Assembly: GCF_009914755.1 (NCBI RefSeq)
Contig: NC_060942.1
DNA: 64,000 nucleotides
DNA from: the human T2T-CHM13v2.0 reference genome, Homo sapiens
Reading direction: 5' to 3' (one strand)
How positions within the stretch are numbered: the stretch's first letter is position 1; each line of letters opens with the position of its first letter. The notes beneath the pieces are model-generated. The model had not been told where the DNA came from. It did no database searches and worked only from the letters and a program-made list of their open reading frames with translations. Shown piece after piece: positions 12,984-25,700 of this stretch. The position numbers and the translations under genes were made by a program.

Positions 12984-14000
12984 CTAAGAGAATTGAACCA
13001 CCGTTTTGAAGGAGCAGTTTTGAAACACTCTTTTTCTGGAATCTGCAAGTGGATATTTGGCTAGCTTTGGGGATTTCGCTGGAAGCGGGAATACATATAA
13101 AAAGCACACAGCAGCGTTCTGAGAAACTGCTTTCTGATGTTTGCATTCAAGTCAAAAGTTGAACACTCCCTTTCATAGAGCAGTCTTGAAACACCCCTTT
13201 TGTAGTATCTGGAACTGGACTTTTGGAGCGATTTTAGGGCTAAGGTGAAAAACGAAATATCTTCCCATAAAAACTGGACAGAAGCATTCTCAGAAACTTG
13301 TTTATGCTGTATCTACTCAACTAACAAAGTTGAACCTTTCTTTTGATAGAGCAGTTTTGAAATGGTCTTTTTGTGGAATCTGCAAGTGGATATTTGGCTA
13401 GTTTTGAGGATTTCGTTGGAAGCGGGAATTCATACAAATTGCAGACTGCAGCGTTATGAGAAACATCTTTGTGATGTTTGTATTCAGGACACAGAGTTGA
13501 ACATTCCCTATCATAGAGCAGGTTGGAATCACTCCTTTTGTAGTATCTGGAAGTGGACATTTGGAGCGCTTTCAGGCCTATTTTGGACAGGGAAATATCT
13601 TCCCATAACAACTATGCAGAAGCATTCTCAGAAACTTGTTTGTGATGTGTGCCCTCTACTGACAGAGTTGAACCTTTCTTTTCTTAGAGCAGTTTTGAAA
13701 CACTCTTTTTGTAGAATCTGCAAGAGGATATTTGCATAGCTTTGAGGATTTCGTGGGAAACGGGATTGTCTTCAGGTAAAATCTAGACAGAAGCATTCTC
13801 AGAAACTTCTTTGGGATGTTTGCATTCAAGACACAGAGTAGAACATTCAGTTTGGTAGAGCAGGTTTGAAACACTCTTTTTGTAGTATCTGGAAGTGGAC
13901 ATTTGGAGCGCTTTCAGGCCCATGTTGGAAAGGGAAATATCTTCCCGTAACAACTAGGCAGAAGCATTCTCAGAAACTTATTTGAGATGTGTGTACTCAA
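12984..14000 (+). repeat. Truncated 6-mer HOR variant ABC (1017 bp)
   Basis: A at 12984, B at 13321 and C at 13659 are followed directly by another A at 14001. Confidence 0.88.
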
Positions 14001-15693
14001 CTAAGAGAATTGAACCACCGTTTTGAAGGAGCAGTTTTGAAACACTCTTTTTCTGGAATCTGCAAGTGGATATTTGGCTAGCTTTGGGGATTTCGCTGGA
14101 AGCGGGGATACATATAAAAAGCACACAGCAGCGTTCTGAGAAACTGCTTTCTGATGTTTGCATTCAAGTCAAAAGTTGAACACTCCCTTTCATAGAGCAG
14201 TCTTGAAACACCCCTTTTGTAGTATCTGGAAGTGGACATTTGGAGCGCTTTCAGGGCTAAGGTGAAAAAGGAAATATCTTCCCATAAAAACTGGACAGAA
14301 GCATTCTCAGAAACTTGTTTATGCTGTATCTACTCTACTAACAATGTTGAACCTTTCTTTTGATAGGGCAGTTTTGAAATGCTCTTTTTGTGGAATCTGC
14401 AAGTGGATATTTGGCTAGTTTTGAGGATTTCGTTGGAAGCTGGAATTCATGCAAATTGTAGACTGCAGCGTTCTGAGAAACATCTTTGTGATGTTTGTAT
14501 TCAGGACACAGAGTTGAACATTCCCTATCATAGAGCAGGTATGAATCACTCCTTTTGTAGTATCTGGAAGTGGACATTTGGAGCGCTTTCAGGCCTATTT
14601 TGGAAAGGGAAATATCTTCCCGTAACAACTAGGCAGAAGCATTCTCTGAAACTTATTTGAGATGTGTGTACTCAACTAAGAGAATTGAACCACCGTTTTG
14701 AAGGAGCAGTTTTGAAACACTCTTTTTCTGGAATCTGCTAGAGGATATTTGCCTAGCTTTGAGGATTTCGTTGGAAACGGGATTGTCTTCAGATCAAATC
14801 TAGACAGAAACATTCTCAGAAACTTCTTTGGGAAGTTTGAATTCAAGTCACAGAGTAGAACATTCCCTTTGGTAGAGCAGGTTTGAAACACTCTTTTTTT
14901 AGTATATGGAAGTGGACATTTGGAGCGCTTTCAGGCCTACGTTGGAAAAGGAAATATCTTCCCATAACAACTAGACAGAAGCATTCTCAGAAACTAGTTT
15001 CTGATGTGTGTCCTCAGGTAACACAGTTGAACTTTTCTTTAGACAGAACAGTTTTGAAACACTCTTTTTGTGGAATCTGCAAGTGGATATTTGGCTAGAT
15101 TTGAGGATTTAGTTGGAAACGGGATTACATATAAAAAGCAGACAGGAGCATTCTCAGAAAGTTCTTTCTGATGATTGCATTCAAGTCACAGAATTGAACA
15201 TTCCCTTTCACAGAGCAGGTTTGAAACACTCTTTTTGTAGTGTGTGTAAGTGGACATTTGGAGCGCTTTCTGGCCTAAGGTGAACAAGGAAATATCTTCC
15301 CATAAAAACTAGACAGAAGCATTCTCAGAAACTTACTCGTGATGTGTGTCCTCAACTAAAGGAGTAGAACCTTTCTATTCATAGAGAAGTTTTGAAATGC
15401 TCTTTTTGTGGAATCTCCAAGTGGATATTTGGCTAGTTTTGAGGATTTCGTTGGAAGCGGGAATTCATACAAATTGCAGACTGCAGCGTTCTGAGAAACA
15501 TCTTTGTGATGTTTGTATTCAGGACACAGAGATGAACATTCCCTATCATAGAGCAGGTTGGAATCACTCCTTTTGTAGTATCTGGAAGTGGACATTTGGA
15601 GCGCTTTCAGGCCTATGTTGAAAAAGGAAATATCTTCCCATAACAACTAGACACAAGCATTCTCAGAAACTTGTTTGTGATGTGTGCCCTCTA
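14001..15693 (+). repeat. 10-mer HOR variant AB'DEF (1693 bp, lacks C); also at 17054, 19765, 26213, 28924, 35372, 52366 and 59840
   Basis: B' at 14338 is followed by D at 14676, 338 bp later. B' ends with the C-type tail CCCGTAACAACTAGGC. Confidence 0.9.
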
Positions 15694-16799
15694 CTGACAG
15701 AGTTGAACCTTTCTTTTCATAGAGCAGTTTTGAAACACTCTTTTTGTAGAATCTGCAAGAGGATATTTGCATAGCTTTGAGGATTTCGTGGGAAACGGGA
15801 TTGTCTTCAGGTAAAATCTAGACAGAAGCATTCTCAGAAACTTCTTTGGGATGTTTGCATTCAAGTCACAGAGTAGAACATTCCCTTTGGTAGAGCAGGT
15901 TTGAAACACTCTTTTTGTAGTATCTGGAAGTGGACATTTGGAGCACTTTCAGGCCCATGTTGGAAAGGGAAATATCTTCCCGTAACAACTAGGCAGAAGC
16001 ATTCTCAGAAACTTATTTGAGATGTGTGGACTCAACTAAGAGAATTGAACCACCGTTTTGAAGGAGCAGTTTTGAAACACTCCTTGTCTGGAATCTGCAA
16101 GAGTATATTTGCCTAGCCTTGAGGATTTCGTTGGAAACGGGATTGTCTTCAGATAAAATCTAGACAGAAGCATTCTCAGAAACTTCTTTGGGATGTTTGC
16201 ATTCAAGTCACAGAGTAGAACATTCCCTTTGGTAGAGCAGGTTTGAAACACTCTTTTTTTAGTATATGGAAGTGGACATTTGGAGCGCTTTCAGGCCTAC
16301 GTTGGAAAAGGAAATATCTTCCCATAACAACTAGACAGAAGCAATCTCAGAAACTAGTTTCTGATGTGTGTCCTCAACTAACACAGTTGTACATTTCTTT
16401 AGACAGAACAGTTTTGAAACACTCTTTTTGTGGAATCTGCAAGTGGATATTTGGCTAGATTTGAGGATTTCGTTGGAAACGGGATTACATATAAAAAGCA
16501 GTCAGCAGCATTCTCAGAAAGTTCTTTGTGATGTTTGCATTCAAGTCACAGAATTGAACATTCCCTTTCACAGAGCAGGTTTGAAACACTCTTTTTGTAG
16601 TGTGTGTAAGTGGACTTTTGGAGCGCTTTCCGGCCTAAGGTGAAAAAGGAAATATCTTCCCATAAAAACTAGACAGAAGCATTCTCAGAAACTTACTCGT
16701 GATGTGTGTCCTCAACTAAAGGAGTAGAACCTTTCTTTTCATAGAGAAGTTTTGAAACGCTCTTTTTGTGGAATCTGCAAGTGGATATTTGGCTAGTTT

Positions 16800-19700
16800 T
16801 GAGGATTTCGTTGGAAGCGGGAATTCATACAAATTGCAGACTGCAGCGTTCTGAGAAACATCGTTGTGATGTTTGTATTCAGGACACAGAGTTGAACATT
16901 CCCTATCATAGAGCAGGTTTGAATCACTCCTTTTGTAGTATCTGGAAGTGGACATTTGGAGCGCTTTCAGGCCTATGTTGGAAAAGGAAATATCTTCCCA
17001 TAAGAACTAGACAGAAGCATTCTCAGAAACTTATTTGAGATGTGTGTACTCAACTAAGAGAATTGAACCACCGTTTTGAAGGAGCAGTTTTGAAACACTC
17101 TTTTTCTGGAATCTGCAAGTGGATATTTGGCTAGCTTTGGGGATTTCGCTGGAAGCGGGAATACATATAAAAAGCACACAGCAGCGTTCTGAGAAACTGC
17201 TTTCTGATGTTTGCATTCAAGTCAAAAGTTGAACACTCCCTTTCATAGAGCAGTCTTGAAACACCCCTTTTGTAGTATCTGGAACTGGACATTTGGAGCG
17301 CTTTCAGGGCTAAGGTGAAAAAGGAAATATCTTCCCATAAAAACTGGACAGAAGCATTCTCAGAAACTTGTTTATGCTGTATCTACTCTACTAACAAAGT
17401 TGAACCTTTCTTTTGATAGAGCAGTTTTGAAATGCTCTTTTTGTGGAATCTGCAAGTGGATATTTGGCTAGTTTTGAGGATTTCGTTGGAAGCTGGAATT
17501 CATACAAATTGCAGACTGCAGCGTTCTGAGAAACATCTTTGTGATGTTTGTATTCAGGACACAGAGTTGAACATTCCCTATCATAGAGCAGGTTGGAATC
17601 ACTCCTTTTGCAGTATCTGGAAGTGGACATTTGGAGCACTTTCAGGCCTATTTTGGAAAGGGAAATATCTTCCCGTAACAACTAGGCAGAAGCATTCTCT
17701 GAAACTTATTTGAGATGTGTGTACTCAACTAAGAGAATTGAACCACCGTTTTGAAGGAGCAGTTTTGAAACACTCTTTTTCTGGAATCTGCTAGAGGATA
17801 TTTGCCTAGCTTTGAGGATTTCGTTGGAAACGGGATTGTCTTCAGATCAAATCTAGACAGAAGCATTCTCAGAAACTTCTTTGGGATGTTTGTATTCAAG
17901 TCACAGAGTAGAACATTCCCTTTGGTAGAGCAGGTTTGAAACACTCTTTTTTTAGTATATGGAAGTGGACATTTGGAGCGCTTTCAGGCCTACGTTGGAA
18001 AAGGAAATATCTTCCCATAACAACTAGACAGAAGCATTCTCAGAAACTAGTTTCTGATGTGTGTCCTCAACTAACACAGTTGAACTTTTCTTTAGACAGA
18101 AGAGTTTTGAAACACTCTTTTTGTGGAATCTGCAAGTGGATATTTGGCTAGATTTGAGGATCTCGTTGGAAACGGGATTACATATAAAAAGCAGTCAGCA
18201 GCATTCTCAGAAAGTTCTTTGTGATGATTGCATTCAAGTCACAGAATTGAACATTCCCTTTCACAGAGCAGGTTTGAAACACTCTTTTTGTAGTGTGTGT
18301 AAGTGGACATTTGGAGCGCTTTCCGGCCTAAGGTGAACAAGGAAATATCTTCCCATAAAAACTAGACAGAAGCATCCTCAGAAACTTACTCGTGATGTGT
18401 GTCCTCAACTAAAGGAGTAGAACCTTTCTATTCATAGAGAAGTTTTGAAATGCTCTTTTTGTGGAATCTCCAAGTGGATATTTGGCTAGTTTTGAGGATT
18501 TCGTTGGAAGCAGGAATTCATACAAATTGCAGACTGCAGCGTTCTGAGAAACATCTTTGTGATGTTTGTATTCAAGACACAGAGATGAACATTCCCTATC
18601 ATAGAGCATGTTGGAATCACTCCTTTTGTAGTATCTGGAAGTGGACATTTGGAGCGCTTTCAGGCCCACGTTGGAAAGGGAAATATCTTCCCGTAACAAC
18701 TAGGCAGAAGCATTCTCAGAAACTTATTTGAGATGTGTGTACTCAACTAAGAGAATTGAACCACCGTTTTGAAGGAGCAGTTTTGAAACACTCTTTTTCT
18801 GGAATCTGCAAGAGTATATTTGCCTAGCCTTGAGATTTTCGTTGGAAACGGGATTGTCTTCAGATAAAATCTAGACAGAAGCATTCTCAGAAACTTCTTT
18901 GGGATGTTTGCATTCAAGTCACAGAGTAGAACATTCCCTTTGGTAGAGCAGGTTTGAAACACTCTTTTTTTAGTATATGGAAGTGGACATTTGGAGCGCT
19001 TTCAGGCCTACGTTGGAAAAGGAAATATCTTCCCATAACAACTAGACAGAAGCATTCTCAGAAACTAGTTTCTGATTTGTGTCCTCAACTAACACAGTTG
19101 TACATTTCTTTAGACAGAACAGTTTTGAAACACTCTTTTTGTGGAATCTGCAAGTGGATATTGGGCTAGATTTGAGGATTTCGTTGGAAACGGGATTACA
19201 TATAAAAAGCAGTCAGCAGCATTCTCAGAAAGTTCTTTGTGATGATTGCATTCAAGTCACAGAATTGAACATTCCCTTTCACAGAGCAGGTTTGAAACAC
19301 TCTTTTTGTAGTGTGTGTAAGTGGACATTTGGAGCGCTTTCCGGCCTAAGGTGAAAAAGGACATATCTTACCATAAAAACCAGACAGAAGCATTCTCAGA
19401 AACTTACTCGTGATGTGTGTCCTCAACTAAAGGAGTAGAAACTTTCTATTCATAGAGAAGTTTTGAAACGCTCTTTTTGTGGAATCTCCAAGTGGATATT
19501 TGGCTAGTTTTGAGGATTTCGTTGGAAGCGGGAATTCATACAAATTGCAGACTGCAGCGTTCTGAGAAACATCGTTGTGATGTTTGTATTCAGGACACAG
19601 AGTTGAACATTCCCTATCATAGAGCAGGTTTGAATCACTCCTTTTGTAGTATCTGGAAGTGGACATTTGGAGCGCTTTCAGGCCTATGTTGGAAAAGGAA

Positions 19701-22700
19701 ATATCTTCCCATAACAACTAGACAGAAGCATTCTCAGAAACTTATTTGAGATGTGTGTACTCAACTAAGAGAATTGAACCACCGTTTTGAAGGAGCAGTT
19801 TTGAAACACTCTTTTTCTGGAATCTGCAAGTGGATATTTGGCTAGCTTTGGGGATTTCGCTGGAAGCGGGAATACATATAAAAAGCACACAGCAGCGTTC
19901 TGAGAAACTGCTTTCTGATGTTTGCATTCAAGTCAAAAGTTGAACACTCCCTTTCATAGAGCAGTCTTGAAACACCCCTTTTGTAGTATCTGGAACTGGA
20001 CATTTGGAGCGCTTTCAGGGCTAAGGTGAAAAAGGAAATATCTTCCCATAAAAACTGGACAGAAGCATTCTCAGAAACTTGTTTATGCTGTATCTACTCT
20101 ACTAACAAAGTTGAACCTTTCTTTTGATAGAGCAGTTTTTAAATGCTCTTTTTGTGGAATCTGCAAGTGGATATTTGGCTAGTTTTGAGGATTTCGTTGG
20201 AAGCTGGAATTCATGCAAATTGCAGACTGCAGCGTTCTGAGAAACATCTTTGTGATGTTTGTATTCAGGACACAGAGTTGAACTTTCCCTATCATAGAGC
20301 AGGTTGGAATCACTCCTTTTGCAGTATCTGGAAGTGGACATTTGGAGCGCTTTCAGGCCTATTTTGGAAAGGGAAATATCTTCCCGTAACAACTAGGCAG
20401 AAGCATTCTCAGAAACTTATTTGAGATGTGTGTACTCAACTAAGAGAATTGAACCACCGTTTTGAAGGAGCAGATTTGAAACACTCTTTTTCTGGAATCT
20501 GCAAGAGTATATTTGCCTAGCCTTGAAGATTTCGTTGGAAACGGGATTGTCTTCAGATAAAATCTAGACAGAAGCATTCTCAGAAACTTCTTTGGGATGT
20601 TTGCATTCAAGTCACAGAGTAGAACATTCCCTTTGGTAGAGCAGGTTTGAAACACTCTTTTTTTAGTATATGGAAGTGGACATTTGGAGCGCTTTCAGGC
20701 CTATGTTGGAAAAGGAAATATCTTCCCATAACAACTAGACAGAAGCATTCTCAGAAACTAGTTTCTGATGTGTGTCCTCAACTAACACAGTTGAACTTTT
20801 CTTTAGACAGAACAGTTTTGAAACACTCTTTTTGTGGAATCTGCAAGTGGATATTTGGCTAGATTTGAGGATTTCGTTGGAAACGGGATTACATATAAAA
20901 AGCAGACAGCAGCATTCTCAGAAAGTTCTTTTTGATGATTGCATTCAAGTCACAGAATTGAACATTCCCTTTCACAGAGCAGGTTTGAAACACTCTTTTT
21001 GTAGTGTGTGTAAGTGGACATTTGGAGCGCTTTCCGGCCTAAGGTGAAAAAGGAAATATCTTCCCATAAAAACTAGACAGAAGCATTCTCAGAAACTTAC
21101 TCGTGATGTGTGTCCTCAACTAAAGGAGTAGAACCTTTCTATTCATAGAGAAGTTTTGAAACGCTCTTTTTGTGGAATCTCCAAGTGGATATTTGGCTAG
21201 TTTTGAGGATTTCGTTGGAAGCGGGAATTCATACAAATTGCAGACTGCAGCGTTCTGAGAAACATCTTTGTGATGTTTGTATTCAGGACACAGAGATGAA
21301 CATTCCCTATCATAGAGCAGGTTGGAATCACTCCTTTTGTAGTATCTGGAAGTGGACATTTGGAGCGCTTTCAGGCCTATGTTGAAAAAGGAAATATCTT
21401 CCCATAACAACTAGACACAAGCATTCTCAGAAACTTGTTTGTGATGTGTGCCCTCTACTGACAGAGTTGAACCTTTCTTTTCATAGAGCAGTTTTGAAAC
21501 ACTCTTTTTGTAGAATCTGCAAGAGGATATTTGCATAGCTTTGAGGATTTCGTGGGAAACGGGATTGTCTTCAGGTAAAATCTAGACAGAAGCATTCTCA
21601 GAAACTTCTTTGGGATGTTTGCATTCAAGTCACAGAGTAGAACATTCCCTTTGGTAGAGCAGGTTTGAAACACTCTTTTTGTAGTATCTGGAAGTGGACA
21701 TTTGGAGCGCTTTCAGGCCCATGTTGGAAAGGGAAATATCTTCCCGTAACAACTAGGCAGAAGCATTCTCAGAAACTTATTTGAGATGTGTGTACTCAAG
21801 TAAGAGAACTGAACCACCGTTTTGAAGGAGCAGTTTTGAAACACTCTTTTTCTGGAATCTGCAAGAGTATATTTGCCTAGCCTTGAGAATTTCGTTGGAA
21901 ACGGGATTGTCTTCAGATAAAATCTAGACAGAAGCATTCTCAGAAACTTCTTTGGGATGTTTGCATTCAAGTCACAGAGTAGAACATTCCCTTTGGTAGA
22001 GCAGGTTTGAAACACTCTTTTTTTAATATATGGAAGTGGACATTTGGAGCGCTTTCAGGCCTACGTTGGAAAAGGAAATATCTTCCCACAACAACTAGAC
22101 AGAAGCATTCTCAGAAACTAGTTTCTGATGTGTGTCCTCAACTAACACAGTTGAACTTTTCTTTAGACAGAACAGTTTTGAAACACTCTTTTCGTGGAAT
22201 CTGCAAGTGGATATTTGGCTAGATTTGAGGATTTCGTTGGAAACGGGATTACATATAAAAAGCAGACAGCAGCATTCTCAGAAAGTTCTTTGTGATGATT
22301 GCATTCAAGTCACAGAATTGAACATTCCCTTTCACAGAGCAGGTTTGAAACCCTCTTTTTGTAGTGTGTGTAAGTGGACATTTGGAGCGCTTTCCGGCCT
22401 AAGGTGAAAAAGGAAATATCTTCCCATAAAAACTAGACAGAAGCATTCTCAGAAACTTACTCGTGATGTGTGTCCTCAACTAAAGGAGTAGAACATTTCT
22501 ATTCATAGAGAAGTTTTGAAACGCTCTTTTTGTGGAATCTCCAAGTGGATATTTGGCTAGTTTTGAGGATTTCGTTGGAAGCGGGAATTCATACAAATTG
22601 CAGACTGCAGCGTTCTGAGAATCATCTTTGTGATGTTTGTATTCAGGACACAGAGATGAACATTCCCTATCATAGAGTAGGTTGGAATCACTCCTTTTGT

Positions 22701-25700
22701 AGTATCTGGAAGTGGACATTTGGAGCGCTTTCAGTCCTATGTTGAAAAAGGAAATATCTTCCCACAACAACTAGACACAAGCATTCTCAGAAACTTGTTT
22801 GTGATGTGTGCCCTCTACTGACAGAGTTGAACCTTTCTTTTCATAGAGCAGTTTTGAAACACTCTTTTTGTAGAATCTGCAAGAGGATATTTGCATAGCT
22901 TTGAGGTTTCCGTGGGAAACGGGATTGTCTTCAGGTAAAATCTAGACAGAAGCATTCTCAGAAACTTCTTTGGGATGTTTGCATTCAAGTCACAGAGTAG
23001 AACATTCCCTTTGGTAGAGCAGGTTTGAAACACTCTTTTTGTAGTATCTGGAAGTGGACATTTGGAGCACTTTCAGGCCCATGTTGGAAAGGGAAATATC
23101 TTCCCGTAACAACTAGGCAGAAGCATTGTCTGAAACTTTTTTGAGATGTGTGTACGCAACTAAGAGAATTGAACCACCGTTTTGAAGGAGCAGTTTTGAA
23201 ACACTCTTTTTCTGGAATCTGCTAGACGATATTTGCCTAGCCTTGAGGATTTCGTTGGAAACGGGATTGTCTTCAGATAAAATCTAGACAGAAGCATTCT
23301 CAGAAACTTCTTTGGGATGTTTGTATTCAAGTCACAGAGTAGAACATTCCCTTTGGTAGAGCAGGTTTGAAACACTCTTTTTTTAGTATATGGAAATGGA
23401 CATTTGGAGCGCTTTCAGGCCTACGTTGGAAAAGGAAATATCTTCCCATAACAACTAGACAGAAGCATTCTCAGAAACTAGTTTCTGATGTGTGTCCTCA
23501 ACTAACACAGTTGAACTTTTCTTTAGACAGAACAGTTTTGAAACACTCTTTTTGTGGAATCTGCAAGTGGCTATTTGGCTAGATTTGAGGATTTCGTTGG
23601 AAACGGGATTACATATAAAAAGCAGTCAGCAGCATTCTCAGAAAGTTCTTTGTGATGATTGCATTCAAGTCACAGAATTGAACATTCCCTTTCACAGAGC
23701 AGGTTTGAAACACTCTTTTTGTAGTGTGTGTAAGTGGACATTTGGAGCACTTACCGGCCTAAGGTGAAAAAGGAAATATCTTCCCATAAAAACTAGACAG
23801 AAGCATTCTCAGAAACTTACTCGTGATGTGTGTCCTCAACTAAAGCAGTAGAACCTTTCTTTTCATAGAGAAGTTTTGAAACGCTCTTTTTGTGGAATCT
23901 GCAAGTGGATATTTGGCTAGTTTTGAGGATTTCGTTGGAAGCGGGAATTCATACAAATTGCAGACTGCAGCGTTCTGAGAAACATCTTTGTGATGTTTGT
24001 ATTCAGGACACAGAGTTGAACATTCCCTATCATAGAGCAGGTTTGAATCACTCCTTTTGTAGTATCTGGAAGTGGACATTTGGAGCGCTTTCAGGCCTAT
24101 GTTGGAAAAGGAAATATCTTCCCATAACAACTAGACAGAAGCATTCTCAGAAACTTATTTGAGATGTGTCTACTCAACTAAGAGAATTGAACCACCGTTT
24201 TGAAGGAGCAGTTTTGAAACACTCTTTTTCTGGAATCTGCAAGTGGATATTTGGCTAGCTTTGGGGATTTCGCTGGAAGCGGGAATACATATAAAAAGCA
24301 CACAGCAGCGTTCTGAGAAACTGCTTTCTGATGTTTGCATTCAAGTCAAAAGTTGAACACTCCCTTTCATAGAGCAGTCTTGAAACACCCCTTTTGTAGT
24401 ATCTGGAACTGGACTTTTGGAGCGATTTTAGGGCTAAGGTGAAAAAGGAAATATCTTCCCATAAAAACTGGACAGAAGCATTCTCAGAAACTTGTTTATG
24501 CTGTATCTACTCAACTAACAAAGTTGAACCTTTCTTTTGATAGAGCAGTTTTGAAATGGTCTTTTTGTGGAATCTGCAAGTGGATATTTGGCTAGTTTTG
24601 AGGATTTCGTTGGAAGCGGGAATTCATACAAATTGCAGACTGCAGCGTTATGAGAAACATCTTTGTGATGTTTGTATTCAGGACACAGAGTTGAACATTC
24701 CCTATCATAGAGCAGGTTGGAATCACTCCTTTTGTAGTATCTGGAAGTGGACATTTGGAGCGCTTTCAGGCCTATTTTGGACAGGGAAATATCTTCCCAT
24801 AACAACTATGCAGAAGCATTCTCAGAAACTTGTTTGTGATGTGTGCCCTCTACTGACAGAGTTGAACCTTTCTTTTCTTAGAGCAGTTTTGAAACACTCT
24901 TTTTGTAGAATCTGCAAGAGGATATTTGCATAGCTTTGAGGATTTCGTGGGAAACGGGATTGTCTTCAGGTAAAATCTAGACAGAAGCATTCTCAGAAAC
25001 TTCTTTGGGATGTTTGCATTCAAGATACAGAGTAGAACATTCCCTTTGGTAGAGCAGGTTTGAAACCCTCTTTTTGTAGTATCTGGAAGTGGACATTTGG
25101 AGCGCTTTCAGGCCCATGTTGGAAAGGGAAATATCTTCCCGTAACAACTAGGCAGAAGCATTCTCAGAAACTTATTTGAGATGTGTGTACTCAACTAAGA
25201 GAATTGAACCACCGTTTTGAAGGAGCAGTTTTGAAACACTCTTTTTCTGGATTCTGCAAGAATATATTTGCCTAGCCTTGAGGATTTCGTTGGAAACGGG
25301 ATTGTCTTCAGATAAAATCTAGACAGAAGCATTCTCAGAAACTTCTTTGGGATGTTTGCATTCAAGTCACAGAGTAGAACATTCTCTTTGGTAGAGCAGG
25401 TTTGAAACACTCTTTTTTTAGTATCTGGAAGTGGACATTTGGAGCGCTTTCAGGCCTACGTTGGAAAAGGAAATATCTTCCCATAACAACTAGACAGAAG
25501 CATTCTCAGAAACTAGTTTCTGATGTGTGTCCTCAACTAACACAGTTGTACATTTCTTTAGACAGAACAGTTTTGAAACACTCTTTTTGTGGAATCTGCA
25601 AGTGGATATTGGGCTAGATTTGAGGATTTCGTTGGAAACGGGATTACATATAAAAAGCAGTCAGCAGCATTCTCAGAAAGTTCTTTGTGATGATTGCATT

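Noticed and set aside
14001-15693. ~1.7 kb 10-mers as the separate D18Z2 array
   Set aside because: These units are built from the same dimers as the surrounding 8-mers and 12-mers at high identity, so they are structural variants of this array. Alignment to a D18Z2 consensus would confirm this.
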